A stretch of 64,000 nt of DNA, from contig NC_047018.1 of the NCBI RefSeq assembly GCF_902652985.1, positions 12,214,001-12,278,000 of the forward strand, in the 5' to 3' direction. Origin of the DNA: Pecten maximus (taxonomy: Eukaryota). Below the pieces are notes generated by a model that was not told the DNA's origin, made no database searches, and saw only the letters and a program-made list of their open reading frames with translations. Of the stretch, positions 12,755-26,321 are shown in pieces (positions within the stretch are counted from its first letter, which is position 1; every line of letters begins with the position of its first letter). A program made the translations under genes and the position numbers.

Positions 12755-15607
12755 ATGATGTTTGCACGTTCTTTAGCTGGGCAGGTCTGTATATTTAGTT
12801 AAGGCTTTGACTTTAAATGTCACTGTATGTTAGTATGGTATATTTTAAATTCCATTGTGTGTTGGTATTGCATACTTTAAATACATGATGTTGAAACTTA
12901 TACATTTCGTGATATGACATATCAAAACTTTATTAATGTGATTATATACAGACTCTTTTATTATCATTGATTTTCAAAATAATTTCATAATGAAATTTGA
13001 TACAAAAAAAAAGAAATTATCGGTAAATAGATTTTACCTGACGGAGTCTTACTCAATATCACACTTTTATTGACTTATGATTTCCAAAACAGTACTGGTA
13101 TAGATGAAACTTATTATTTTTCAGCGGCAAATAGGTCATTCCTTCAACCGCTCGCTCACTGAAGCCAATAGTCGGTATTCTACGGTCTCCGCTCCGCCAT
13201 CTGTTACCGTCAGACGGTGCTACTCACATCACGTAATCCAGACACAAGGTACAAACAGTCATCATAGAAAATCTAAATTTTAAATAATATCTGCATATAT
13301 TTGGTCTTCTTGAACAAGTTGGAATAATGAGTAGTATGTGTGTCCAAAATGTGTTGGGTTACAGAGCCGTTTATTAGTTAGTGCTTTCTTACCATCGGTT
13401 GTTAAGTTAGTGTTGTGTTACCAGCCGTTGTTCGTTTAGTTAGTGTTGTGTAACCAGCTGTTGTTTAGTTAGTTTTGTGTAACCAGCTGTTGTTTAGTTA
13501 GTGTTGTGTAACCAGCTGTTGTTTAGTTAGTTTTGTGTAACCAGCTGTTGTTTAGTTAGTGTTGTGTAACCAGCTGTTGTTTAGTTAGTGTTGTGTTACC
13601 AGCTGTTGTTTAGTTAGTGTTGTATTACCATCTGTTGTTTAGTTAGTGTTGTGTAACCAGTTGTTGTTTAGTTAGTGTTTTGTTACCAGCTGTTGTTTAG
13701 TTAGTGTTGTGTAACCATTTGTTGTTCAGTTAGTGTTTTGTTACCAGCCATTGTTCAGTCAGTGCTGTGTTACCACCCATTGTTCAGTCAGTGCTGTGTA
13801 ACCAGCTGTTGTTTAGTTAGTGTTGTGTAACCACCTGTGGTTCACTCAGGGTTGTGTACTCAGCCGTTGTTAAGCCATTGTTATGTGACTAGCCGTTATG
13901 TTTGTTTAGTTTACGTATTATCATCAAACTTCGTTATTTCCATTGCCTAGAAGCGATCCTTCCTGCCATGAACCTGACAACCTGGATGTCCGACCACATC
14001 TCATGCTTCAGTAAGGCGCATATTTCCCCCTTGGCACAACACAGAAGTAAACGTATGATTCTAGATATCCTCGGCGTAGGAATGATCGGATCAAAGACGG
14101 AAATTGCCAAAAGTTACCGAAATTTTGCGGGAATAGTAGAAGGTTTCCACTCCAACCACAGAGCCTCTGTTTGGGGGGCTGATGGATTGAAGGCATCCAT
14201 GGGGATGTCGGCATATCTTAACGGCGCCAGTTGTCATGCTATGGACTTTGATGACACCTGGCATCCTGCAACCCATCCCAGTGGTCCTGTACTCCCCGCC
14301 TTACTAGCTCTGTCGGAAGCACTGCCATCATCGCAACAACCTTCTCTTGAGGATATCCTGGTGGCTTTTAACATTGGAATTCAGGTCCAGGGAGCATTGC
14401 TTAATTGTTCAAGTCAGGCGAGGAATATTCCCCACCGGTGAGTACTATAATACACTATGTACAAGCAGGTTAAATGGTGCGCTGTTTATTATGTATCTAG
14501 CAAATGTACGTACAGGAAGTAACCACTCTGACATCGTTATGATATCCTGAGTGATATTACCGTTGTGTTCAATAGTATTAAACCTCATGAACCCGTACAT
14601 ACAAATTTGGTAGAGCAATGTTTACTATAAAAATTGTTTCCCGTTATGAACTATTTATCATGGCAACCTAACATTTGTGTTGGTTGTGTTACAGGTTACA
14701 TCCACCAGCCATTGTTGGCGTAATTGGAAGTGCGGCTGCCTGCTCCAGACTGCTGGGTCACGGTCCCCAGAAATGTCGTCACGCTATGGCTATTGCCGCG
14801 TCATTCGCCGGGGCGCCGATGGCGAACGCCGGCACCACAACCAAACCGTTGCATGCTGGGAAGTCAGCTCGTTTTGGTCTGGAGGCTGCCATACTGGCTG
14901 ACAAGGGTATAGAGGGGAATGACAATATTTTAGATATTTCTTCTGGGTTAGGGGCGTTCTTTGAGGATTACAATCCGGAGAAACTTTTCAACACATTAAA
15001 AGGGACCGATGACGTCATTCTTCATCATCAAGACATTGCATTAAAGCGGTTCCCATGTCATCTCGGAATGCATTGGGCTATTGACGCGGCATTGGACACA
15101 AGAAAGCAACTGGTACATGATCGGGGTGACCTTATAGTCGATTTTATAAAACATATCCACATAATCGCCCCAGGTTCTAAATATATTAACAGACCTTTCC
15201 CGACGACCGAACACGAGGCTCGCCATTCCTTCCAGTTTACGACCTGCTCTGCGTTGTTGGACGGTGAAGTTACACCGGAAACCTTTCACGTAAACAACAT
15301 CGATCGACAACAGCTGCACAGTCTCCTCCTGAAAGTCAGAGTTATCACCCCTGAAAAGAATACACCGTCTTTCAACGACATGTACGTGACAGTTGGTGTT
15401 ACAACAAAAGACAACGCCACATTTGAGAGCACGTGTATCGAACCGTATGGACACTGGAGAAAACCATTATCTGATGCCGATGTCGTCAAGAAATTTCGAA
15501 AAAATACTGACTTCCTAAACATTGAATCTCAAAATAGACTGGTGAACTTAGTTTCAAGGATGGACAAGGCACACACTGCCAAAGACATTTTAGAACTACT
15601 TTCTTGA
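12755..15607 (+). CDS. ACOD1: cis-Aconitate decarboxylase (IRG1; MmgE/PrpD family), 4 exons, ~517 aa
   Basis: Exons 12755-12784, 13125-13248, 13951-14437, 14695-15607 (GT-AG, phases 0/1/2, 1554 nt). Motifs HAMDFDDTWHPATHPSG, RLHPPAIVG, ANAGTTTKPLHAG, KRFPCHLGMHW, HEARHSFQF and YGHWRKPLS closely match vertebrate ACOD1. The two 5' exons are less certain than the last two. AATAAA at 15880. Confidence 0.93.
13365..13900. repeat. 29-bp minisatellite in ACOD1 intron 2
   Basis: Unit gttagtgttgtgtaaccagctgttgttta, about 18 copies. Confidence 0.93.
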
Positions 15608-15899
15608 ACGGTATCTACTGATATCTAATTAGGATTTGACAAGTGCTTTCTACATACATGCAAAACCTATGGTAGTGAACCTACTCGAGGTGATGACACA
15701 TTTATTTGCGTAAGTGGCATGACTTCGTACCCGGAAGGTCACGCTATGTTTATGTTATATTGAGGAGGTTAATAACTTGTGTATATACGGTTCTCTCTAT
15801 TATAATCGTACCACGATAGCAACCACTACAATACATTTACGAGGAAGATGAATCTAGTAGAGGTAGACATTACAAAAGTAATAAATACGTCCTTTTTGT

Positions 15900-16139
15900 A
15901 TGTTTGTGTATCTACAAATATATATGGATATTGGAGTCTATAAACACATAAGTGTAAATTTGGGTGTAATGACAAATTTATATGGAAGGTTTGAGTCTAT
16001 AAACACGTGTATGTGTATATAACTACAAATATATAGATATATGGGAGGTTTGAGTCTATAAACTAGTGTTGATGTGTAAAACTACAAATATAATTATATG
16101 GAAGGTTTGAGTCTATAAACACGTGTTTGTGTGTATAAC

Positions 16140-16205
<66 letters not shown>

Positions 16206-17070
16206 GGCCCTCGGCGAATTAAGTATCGGCCGAGGGGGATAATTTTTACAACATTACGATATTTTTTGTTGTTTATACCTACTATATTTGTGTAACTGTT
16301 CCATGTTCTATGTCTATATGTGACTGTATGTAATTTACCTGTGTCTTGATAAAGGGACGGATTGCCTCGAAAATTCGACAATTTACTTGTCTGTACTGTC
16401 GTTATTACTACTTGAAATAGAATAAAGTTGAAATGTCCATGTGACGGTAAATAATAATAAAATAAAAAGCCAAACACAGATCTGCTGTCTCCCTAGTACT
16501 TTCGCGGCTACATTCTGCCGCTCTTCAGGGGATTATATATAAGTACTTGTTGATGTGTGTAAATATATATATATATATGGGAGGTGTGAGTCTAAAGTTT
16601 ATAAATACGTGTTGATGTGTGTAAATACAAATATATATGGGAAATGTGGGTCTATAAACTAGTGTTGGTGTGTTTAAATCCAAATATATATATATGGTAG
16701 GTATGAGTATATAAAAACTTGTTGATGTGTGTAAATACAAATATATATATGGAAGGTATGAGTCTATAATCTATAAAGACGTGCTGATGTGTGTAACTAC
16801 AAATAAATATGGAAGGTGTGAGTCTATAAACACGTGCTGATGTGTGTAAATACAAATATATATATATGGAAGGTGTGAGTCTATAGTCTATAAACACGTG
16901 CTGATGTGTGTAAATACAAATATATATATGGGAGATATGAGTCTATAGTCTATAAACACGTGCTGATGTGTGTAAATACAAATATATATATGGGAGATAT
17001 GAGTCTATAGTCTATAAAGACGTATTGATATATGTAAATACAAATATATATATGGGAGGTTTGAGTTAGA
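15900..17070. repeat. Degenerate ~50-60-bp tandem repeat with (CA)n/(TA)n microsatellite and a ~320-bp interruption
   Basis: Unit about gagtctataaacacgtgctgatgtgtgtaaatacaaatatatatatgggaggt. (CA)n at 16142-16189. The interruption (16207-16530) begins with hairpin ccctcggc...gccgaggg. Confidence 0.85.
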
Positions 17071-17559
17071 GACCTTCGTGTTGATTTGAGTGAAACTACG
17101 TGGAGTTGTACCGGAGATACACTTGGAAGCCATTTAATTTGTGTCATGTATACGATATGTATCGTTCCTTTTTACTTGTCATTTAACGATCTAGAGATGA
17201 CCAATGATTGTTAATGCCTTGATATTGTTATTTTAGAATCCCGATCAATGATTTATATTTTGTTTTATTGTTCTTGTTCTGATAACTTTTGTTTTATAAA
17301 TAAACATTTAATGTCGTTTAAAGTTCATTTTGTTTGCCTGGCGAGTCGTTACGGAAGCAAGATTATCAATCTGTCAGACAAATGCGTTTTCTGAGTGACA
17401 ATAATCAATCAGTCCCCAAAAATTAAAACAAAAATGGATGAAAACCTTTTTTTTTTTTATCTTTTTATTTAGTAACTTTAAACAAATGTTCAATCTATTA
17501 AACGAGCATTATCAGTTTTGTCGACTTTATTGAACATTTTGAACATAACTATTAGTCAT

Positions 17560-20500
17560 TCAAACAGTATTGGACTACACATTATTGTCATATTGAGTCA
17601 GTCACAGTACTGGACTACACATCAATGCCATATTGAGTCGATGTCAGTATTGGACTACACACCAATGTCATACTGAGTCAGTCACAGTAGTGGACTACAC
17701 ATTAATGTCATATTGAGTCGGTCACAGTATTGGACTACACACCAATGTCATACTGAGTCAGTCACAGTAGTGGACTACATATTGATGTCATATTGAGTCG
17801 GTCACAGTATTGGACTATAGATTGATGTAATTATGAGTTGGTCACAGTACTTGACTAAACATCAATGTCATGTTGAGTCGGTCACAGTACTGGACTACAT
17901 ATTGATGTCATAATGAGTCGGTCACAGTACTGGACTACATATTGATGTCATAATGAGTCGGTCACAGTACTGGACTACACATTGATGTCATATTGAGTCG
18001 GTCACAGTATTGGACTATAGATTGATGTAATTATGAGTTGGTCACAGTACTTGACTAAACATCAATGTCATGTTGAGTCGGTCACAGCACTGGACTACAC
18101 ATTAATGTCATTATGAGTCGGTCACAGTACTGGACTACACATTAATGTCATATTGAGTCGGTCATTGCTGTAGTTATGAGTCAGTCACAGTACTGGACTA
18201 CACATTGATGTCATATTGAGTCGGTGCCAGTATCGGACTACACATTTAAGTCATATTGAGTCGATCTCAGTACTGGACTACACATCAATGTCATATTGAG
18301 TCGGTCACAGTATCAGACTACATATTAATGTCATATTGAGTCGGTCATTGCTGTAGTTATGAGTCAGTCACAGTACTGGACTACATATTGATGCCATATT
18401 GAGTCGGTGACAGTATCGGACTACACATTTAAGTCATATTGAGTCGATCACAGTACTGGACTACACATCAATGTCATATTGAGTCGGTCACAGTATCGGA
18501 CTACACATTAATGTCATATTGAGTCGGTCATTGCTGTAATTATGAGTCAGTCACAGTACTGGACTACACATTAATGTCATATTGAGTCGATGACAGTATC
18601 TGACTACACATTAATGTCATATTGAGTCGATCATTGCTGTAATTATGAGTTGGTCACAGTACTGGACAACACATTAATGTCATAATGAGTCGGTCACAGT
18701 ACTGGACTACACATTAATGTCATATTGAGTCAGTCACAGTACTGGACAACACATTAATGTCATAATGAGTCGGTCACAGTACTGGACTACACATCAATGT
18801 CATACTGAGTCGGTCACAGTACTGGACTACACATTAATGTAATTATGAGTCAGTCACAGTACTGGACTACACATTAATGTCATATTGAGTCGGTCTCAGT
18901 ATTGGACTACACATCAATGTCATACTGAGTCGGTCACAGTACTGGACTACACATTAATGTAATTATGAGTCAGTCACAGTACTGGACTACACATCAATGC
19001 CATATTGAGTCGGTCTCAGTATTGGACTACACACCAATGTCATAATGAGTCGGTCACAGTACTGGACTACACATTAATGTCATATTGAGTCGGTCACAGT
19101 AGTGGACTACACATTAATGTCATACTGAGTTGGTCACAGTACTGGACTACACATCAATGCCATATTGAGTCGGTCTCAGTATTGGACTACACACCAATGT
19201 CATAATGAGTCGGTCACAGTAGTGGACTACACATTAATGTCATATTGAGTTGGTCACAGTACTTGACTAAACATTGATGTCATATTGAGTCGGTCACAGT
19301 ATTGGACTATAGATTGATGTAATTATGAGTTGGTCACAGTACTGGACTAAACATTGATGTCATATTGAGTCGGTCACAGTACTGGAGTACACATCAATGT
19401 AATAATGAGTCAGTCACAGTACTGGACTACACATCAATGTCATGTTGAGTCAGTCACAGTACTGGACTACACATTAATGTCATATTGAGTCGGTCACAGT
19501 ACTGGACTACACATCAATGTCATATTGAGTCGGTCACAGTACTGGAGTACACATCAATGCCATATTGAGTCGGTCACAGTACTGGACTACACATCAATGT
19601 CATGTTGAGTCAGTCACAGTACTGGACTACACATCAATGTCATAATGAGTCAGTCACAGTACTGGACTACACATCAATGTCATATTGAGTCGGTCACAGT
19701 ACTGGACTACACATCAATGTCATATTGAGTCGGTCACAGTACTGGACTACACATCAATGTCATATTGAGTCGGTCACAGTACTGGACTACATATTGATGT
19801 CATAATGAGTCGGTCACAGTACTGGAGTACACATCAATGTCATGTTGAGTCGGTCACAGTACTGGAGTACACATCAATGTCATATTGAGTCGGTCACAGT
19901 ACTGGAGTACACATCAATGTAATAATGAGTCAGTCACAGTACTGGACTACACATCAATGTCATATTGAGTCGGTCACAGTACTGGACTACACATCAATGT
20001 CATATTGAGTCGGTCACAGTACTGGAGTACACATCAATGTAATAATGAGTCAGTCACAGTATTGGACTACACATCAATGTCATGTTGAGTCGGTCACAGT
20101 ACTGGACTACATATTGATGTCATAATGAGTCGGTCACAGTATTGGACTACATATTGATGTCATAATGAGTCGGTCACAGTACTGGACTACACATTAATGT
20201 CATATTTAGTCGGTCACACTACTGGACTACACATTGATGTCATATTGAGTCGGTCACAGTATTGGACTATCGATTGATGTAATTATGAGTTGGTCACAGT
20301 ACTGGACTAAACATTGATGTCATATTGAGTCGGTCACAGTATTGGACTATAGATTGATGTAATTATGAGTTGGTCACAGTACTGGACTACACATTGATGT
20401 CATATTGAGTCGGTCACAGTACTGGAGTACACATCGATGTCACACTGAGCCGGTCACAGTACTGAGCTACACATCAATGTCATGTTGAGTCGGTCACAGT

Positions 20501-20877
20501 ACTGGACTACATATTGATGTCATAATGAGTCGGTCGCAGTACTGGACTACACATTAATGTCATACTGAGTCAGTCACAGTACTGGACTACACATTGATGT
20601 CATACTGAGTCGGTCACATTATTGGACTACACATTGATGTCATATTGAGTCGGTCACAATACTGGACTATACAGTAATGTCATATTGAGTCAGTCACAGT
20701 ATCGGACTACACATTAATGTCATAATGAGTCAGTCACAGTACTGGATTACACATTAATGTCATTATGAGTCGGTCACAGTATCGGACTACACATTTAAGT
20801 CATATTGAGTCGTTCACAGTATCGGACTATACATAGATGTCATAATGAGTCAGTCACAGTACTGGACTACACATTAA
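17560..20877. repeat. 40-bp satellite (~80 copies)
   Basis: Unit cacagtactggactacacattaatgtcatattgagtcggt; one orphan copy at ~23320-23360. Confidence 0.97.
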
Positions 20878-20879
20878 CT

Positions 20880-23305
20880 ACAAAAGGAGATATCAAAGTT
20901 AAATGTTTTATAACTTCTAAGATATAGATACCTATATACCAACATTTTGCAAAAAGTACACGCCTAATACCATGGACCTAATCGTGGTACAGAAACCAAG
21001 TTAAATAGGAACTAAGGAAAGCAAGGAAAGGCATTGAAAAGGACAAAGCGAACAGCCTTAAACATCAGCCTAAACGGGTTTGGAAATATATCAATGAAAA
21101 AAAGGAAAGTTATATCAGGAATATCGTATTTAAAGGATCTAAATGTTGACATAACACAAATTGCTTCAAGTGATGCGGAGAGGGCAGATGTACTAGTTAA
21201 TTTCTTTACTAGCGCCTTCACCAAGGAACCACCAGGTGAAATACCAAACTTCGAGCAGAGGATAGTAAGCCAACCCTTCCAGGATACCCATCTTGCACCG
21301 AAGAAAATAGTATGACGCTTCGCTTTTGTTGAAATTGAACAGTAACAAATCATGCGGGCAAGACGAATTGCACCCAAAAGCATTAAAGGAACTCAGAGAT
21401 GGTTTGAAAAAGCCACTTTCACTTATATTTAGTAAATACCTGGAGACAGGAAACCTGTAACAATCGCAGATGGACGCAAGCATCACAGCCATATAGTCCG
21501 ACCCATGAAATTACTGCCCAGTGAGGCTCACATGTATAACAAAATCAATGGAAAAACTAATTCGAGACAGTATTGTACAACATATGAAAAGACATAACTT
21601 ATTCAGTAACGATCAATTTGGGTTTCTGCCGAGGAGATCAACAACACTCCAAATGTTCTGGACGATTTGACACAGATGTTGGAAACATCAGAAGAAATAT
21701 ATGCTATTTACATGGACTTTATGAAGGTTTTTCTTTCGACAAGGTACCCCATCGTCGCCTCATACACAAATTGTACAAATATGAAATCAGTCATAAAACT
21801 GTAAAATGGTTAGAATATTTCCTGAGCAATAGACACCAAAGAGTTGTTTTAATGGAGCCACATCGACATCCAGAGTAGAATTCCCAAAGGAAGTGTGTAA
21901 GGGTCCATTCTATTTGTTCTGTATATTAACGATATACCTGAAAACACAATATCGCCATGTCCTTTAATCGCAGATGACACAAACTTATACTGCTAAAACA
22001 ATATACGCACTCTGTAATCGGATTTAGTTAATCTTCAGAACTGGTCGAATGATTGGTTATTGGAAAATAACAAAACGGAGAACAAATCACATTAGAACAT
22101 ACTTTATTGAATTATTAGGGAATATCAGTAGATGATGAATTGGACTTCCGTAAGCACATGCAAAACGCTAGTAATACAACAAATTCGGTACTGGGTATCA
22201 TCAGAAGAACTTTGATGAATGCATGTTTGAACATCTGTTGAAGGCATTAGTCACACCACATTTGGAATACGCGGCATGTGCATGGAACCCTAAGAAACAG
22301 AACGATATCAACATCTTACAAAATGTGCAACGAAGAGATACAAAACTCGTCCCAGGGCTGAAGAAACTATCAAACCCAACAGAGAGCATTTACTGAAGTC
22401 ACGAGGACTGATTGATAAGTTGTGAGCCTCGTATTAAAGGATTTGAATTTTGTCGGACGTATTGTATTATTTTTCAACATAATCCCCTTCAGTATCTATA
22501 CACTTTTGTCAGCGGGCGTTTAAGGGCCTTAATGCCACTTTTATAGAACTCCTTTTCTTGGCTGTTCAGAACGTTATCCACTGCATGTTAGGGTAAGGGT
22601 TAGGATTAGGGTGCCTGAAATAGCTGTTTTCAGTTTTGGAAATAGATGACAGTCTGATGGAGCGAGATCTGGTGAATAAGGCGGATGCTCAATCAATTTA
22701 AAGCCACAATCGTAAATGGCATCTATGGCAATGACAGACTATTTCACCCTTACCCCAACCCTAACCGATTTTGTCCATTTTGGAAAAGCTGCTTGTCTTG
22801 TTTACTAAGAGTGCTATCTCGTCGATATAAACTAACCAATTGAGACCAGTCTTTGGGTACACGGCCCTATAAAATCAGAGAATAGTAGGACTTAAAAAGA
22901 ACATCCTTGAGTACATCCTTCAATACGAGGCTCACAACATATCAATCAACTCTCGTAAATCTTCCTACACTTTTTTTTTTTTTTTGACATCAATCATCGA
23001 ACCAGGGACCACAATTTTAAGATATATACAAAAACCGCTGTAATACAGAGCTGAGAAGGAACTTTTCCGCATAAAGTGTGGTTGTTACATGGAACAGTCT
23101 ACAGACACATGCTGTTAACGCTCAATCAATTATTCAAAATGAGAATAGTGGATGATCACTTCAGGGATGTAATATAATGAATATTGATATTCTGTTGTAT
23201 CATAGGATTTTACATAATGTTTTTTTTTCTGAAATAATTACTGATATGGACATAAAGGCTTTTAGCGTGCGTCCTTTAAATTTCTTTAAAATCCATTAAA
23301 ATTCA
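20880..23305 (+). mobile_element. Decayed 5'-truncated CR1-like LINE (RT region), interrupted by a mariner derivative
   Basis: Fragments KSCGQDELHPKALKEL, FDKVPHRRLIHKL, ILFVLYINDIP, IADDT, LVTPHLEYAACAWNP, WNSL with many stops and frameshifts. Confidence 0.85.
22402..22955 (-). mobile_element. Internally deleted mariner of the same family as 7593-8851
   Basis: TIRs cgaggactgattgataagttgtgagcctcgtatt / aatacgaggctcacaacatatcaatcaactctcg|ta. Keeps HPPYSPDLAPSD and the C-terminal KCIDTEGDYVEK on the minus strand; central transposase region deleted. Confidence 0.9.
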
Positions 23306-23358
23306 AATTGGTGTCAAATTGAATCAGTCACAGTATCGGACTACACAATGCTGTCATA

Positions 23359-23460
23359 TTAGAACTACTTTCTTTAACCGTATCTACTGATATCTAATTT
23401 GGGATTGACAAGTGATTTTATATTACATTTATATCACCTGTTATAATGTCTATGGTAGTA
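23359..23460 (+). pseudogene. Relic duplicate of the ACOD1 stop-codon region and start of the 3' UTR
   Basis: ttagaactactttctttaaccgtatctactgatatctaatttgggattgacaagtg matches 15590-15645 (ttagaactactttcttgaacggtatctactgatatctaattaggatttgacaagtg). Confidence 0.75.
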
Positions 23461-23928
23461 TCACAAGCGTTATCAAGAACATGATCAATTTTATTCCAAT
23501 ATTATACCCTAACTACATTTTTTTATGATTACTTCAACCCAGATCATTTCTATATCATCAATGATTACTCCTCCTCCCGGTCCTGTTTTTCAAGCAAGTC
23601 TGTGGATGTTATCAGAACAGGAGTTAATATGAGTTCTGAGTCTGTGATAATAGGGTTAAGATGAGTTTCTGTTAGACGTAATATATAACTATCTTAAAAT
23701 TCTGCCTTTGTGATAGCTATTTTATTTCTGGCAGACATTGAGATGAGCTGTTTCCCAGGTGCGAATTACGATTATTAATCTTTTTAAAGTTTCCTAAAAA
23801 ACTAGCAAAATGAAAATATAAGAAATAATATGTAGCCATTCAGAAGTTATCGTTTAATAACTTGTAGATGTAGGCAGTCAGACGTTATCGTTTTATAACT
23901 TGTACATTTAGGCAGTCAGACGTTATCG

Positions 23929-26321
23929 TTTAAGTAAAGGAGAATGTCCGAGAGCTGTCTATTCTTTGAAATAATGGACTGGACGAGGCCGAAGGCCGAG
24001 TCCAGTGCATTATTTCAAAGAAAAGACAGCTTGAGGACCTTCTCCTACTTAAAACATATCCCCCTGTTGCACTTAGTGTACGTACCATTGATATAATTTG
24101 AAAGCTAACAATACTTCTATTTAAGAATGGAAATGTTCTTTGCTTGCCTGATAAACAACAGTTCATGTATGCAGGCATGGGGAAGTATGTTCATTCAGCC
24201 TTGAATAATATTGGACTACTACAGGTAATACTATGAGCAATGTGTGTTTAATCAACCATGAATATTTTTGGACAGGTAAAGGTAAGACATGTAACAAGCT
24301 ATATATAGTAATTGCATGAGCATTTCATGCAATGTCGTTTTATACATCAGAATTCAGACTGTTATTCTCATATAGCCATTTCTGAGGTGAACACTGAAGA
24401 GACAACATGTCTGATTCTGATACAATTTTCATAACTCAGTCGACTGTCGTGGAGCGATTAAGTAAAGGTTCTGATACCGATACTATCCTTAATGATGTAT
24501 TAGACATGCAGGAAAATAACCGCCCAAATTTTGAACTCAAAAGCAGTCTGTTTTCTGACATTTCGTCTGCAGATGATGAAAACCTTCTTCAGTGCTCAAT
24601 GGATATGGAGAGAATGGATACTAGATTCCGAATTCCCTTGAAAGCTCAAGATCTACAGCAAATGGTGGAAAATGGCAAGTCTACTAAAACTGAGAGCAAG
24701 ACACGGTGGGCAATAAACCTGTTTCATAACTGGCAGAAACAGCGCGAACAATTGACAAAGAACAGAAAGTATTCCAATCCAATTCTGAAAATGTCCAATT
24801 CCCTTCTGAATGAAGCCTTAAGTTTTTTCATTGGTGAGGTTAGAAGTGAAGCTGGGTCAGAGTATAGACCAAATACTATTTATGAACTGGTAGTGTCAAT
24901 CCAACATCATTTCAGGACCAATGGACGGTTTATCAGCTTTCTGGATGACCAAAGTTTTGCAGGAATGAAAGCAGTGTTGGATTCCAAAATGAAGGAATTA
25001 TCCAAGAAAGGCATGGGACTACAACGACGACAGGCAGATGTAATCAGCCAAGTACAAGAGGAGGACATGTGGAGAACAAATATCTTGGGATCTGATGCTC
25101 CTCAAAAACTATTGGACACTATGGTGTTCATGATCGGGTTGAATTTTGCTCTGCTAGCAGGTCAGGAACATCGTAATTTACGATTTGGTGGACATTCACA
25201 AATTTGCATCAGAGTGGACAACGAGAATCGTAGATACCTGGAATACACTGAAGATGTGTCAAAAACAAACCGTGGCGTATCCTTCATCGAAAGCTGGACC
25301 CAAAAATTACAAGGGCTTATGAAAATCTAAAACAACCAGAGAGGTGCATTGTGAAGCTCTACACAAAATATACCCAAGCCAGGTGAGTGTAAATCCATCC
25401 CGATCTGCCTTCCTCCACCCCATTCAACTTAAATACAATCTAGAAACAAACAAGCATTTACCTGTAAATATTATCTTAATCAAGACTAAAATTAAATTGT
25501 ACCACCCCCTCCTGTACCAAAATCTGCTGTTGTTTAATATGATATTAAAATCAAAGTGAAACTACTGTGTATACATGTGTACAGTGCAATAGAAATTTAA
25601 AATGCATTTACCTATTGTTTGTAGACCTGACTACTGTAAAACTGATGCGTTTAACCTAAGAGCGAGGAAATACATAAATGGAAATGTATGGTACCAAGAT
25701 GCAGCAGTTGGAGTTCACATACTCCAACAAACAGTAAAACGCCTCTGTGAGCAAGCTGGATTTCAGGGTTTATTTACCAACCACTCTCTCCGCGCAACCG
25801 CAGCAACACGTCTCTATAGTGCCGGAATAGACGAACAGTTGATTTCCGAGAAAACTGACCATCGTTCAAATGCTGTACGTGCTTACAAACGCACCAGTGA
25901 CCAACAGCAATCTGACATGAGTGACATTCTTAGAGGAAACAACGCTAACAGTGTTAAAATTCCCAGAAAGGAAAGTGAAAATAGAGGGAGTACGGAAATT
26001 AATATCGAATCTGGAGGTATCAAAATCAATGTGAAATATTGAAAATGGCTCATGTGATACTATTTCGAAATTCTGTCTGAATATATATACAGCTTGTACA
26101 TGTGATACTATAACGAAATTCTGTTGGATTACAGTATCAATGGATTAATAAAGATGAAGTGTACATTTTTGTTGTTTGAATTATTTTTCCACCCGTCCAA
26201 AAAAACGGTCCATTATTTATGGAAATAATGGACAGTTTGTCCTAATAATGGACTGATAACAGTCCATTATTAGATATAATGGTCTATACAAACAATGGAT
26301 GATGTCAAAGATATGTTTTAA
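23929..26321 (+). mobile_element. Crypton-type tyrosine-recombinase DNA transposon (DUF3504-like), complete ends, inactivated
   Basis: TTTAA direct repeat at both ends (23929-33, 26317-21). It splits a flanking tandem unit gacgttatcgttta|ataacttgta. About 60-bp-arm hairpin at 23929-24053. Single recombinase gene inside. Confidence 0.8.
24407..26042 (+). pseudogene. Tyrosine recombinase (Crypton/DUF3504-like) with one intron and a 1-nt frameshift
   Basis: Exon 24407-25382 has a frameshift near 25277 (restored frame ILHRKLDPKITRAYENLKQPERCIVKLY). Intron 25383-25624 is GT-AG. Exon 25625-26042 carries TNHSLRATAATRL and TDHRSNAVRAYKR. FALLAGQEH has Leu where the catalytic Arg is expected. Confidence 0.82.

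Noticed and set aside
14008-15522. Short antisense and alternate-frame ORFs over ACOD1 (likewise over the dioxygenase, fusion gene and LINE)
   Set aside because: Shadows of real coding exons with no independent motifs.
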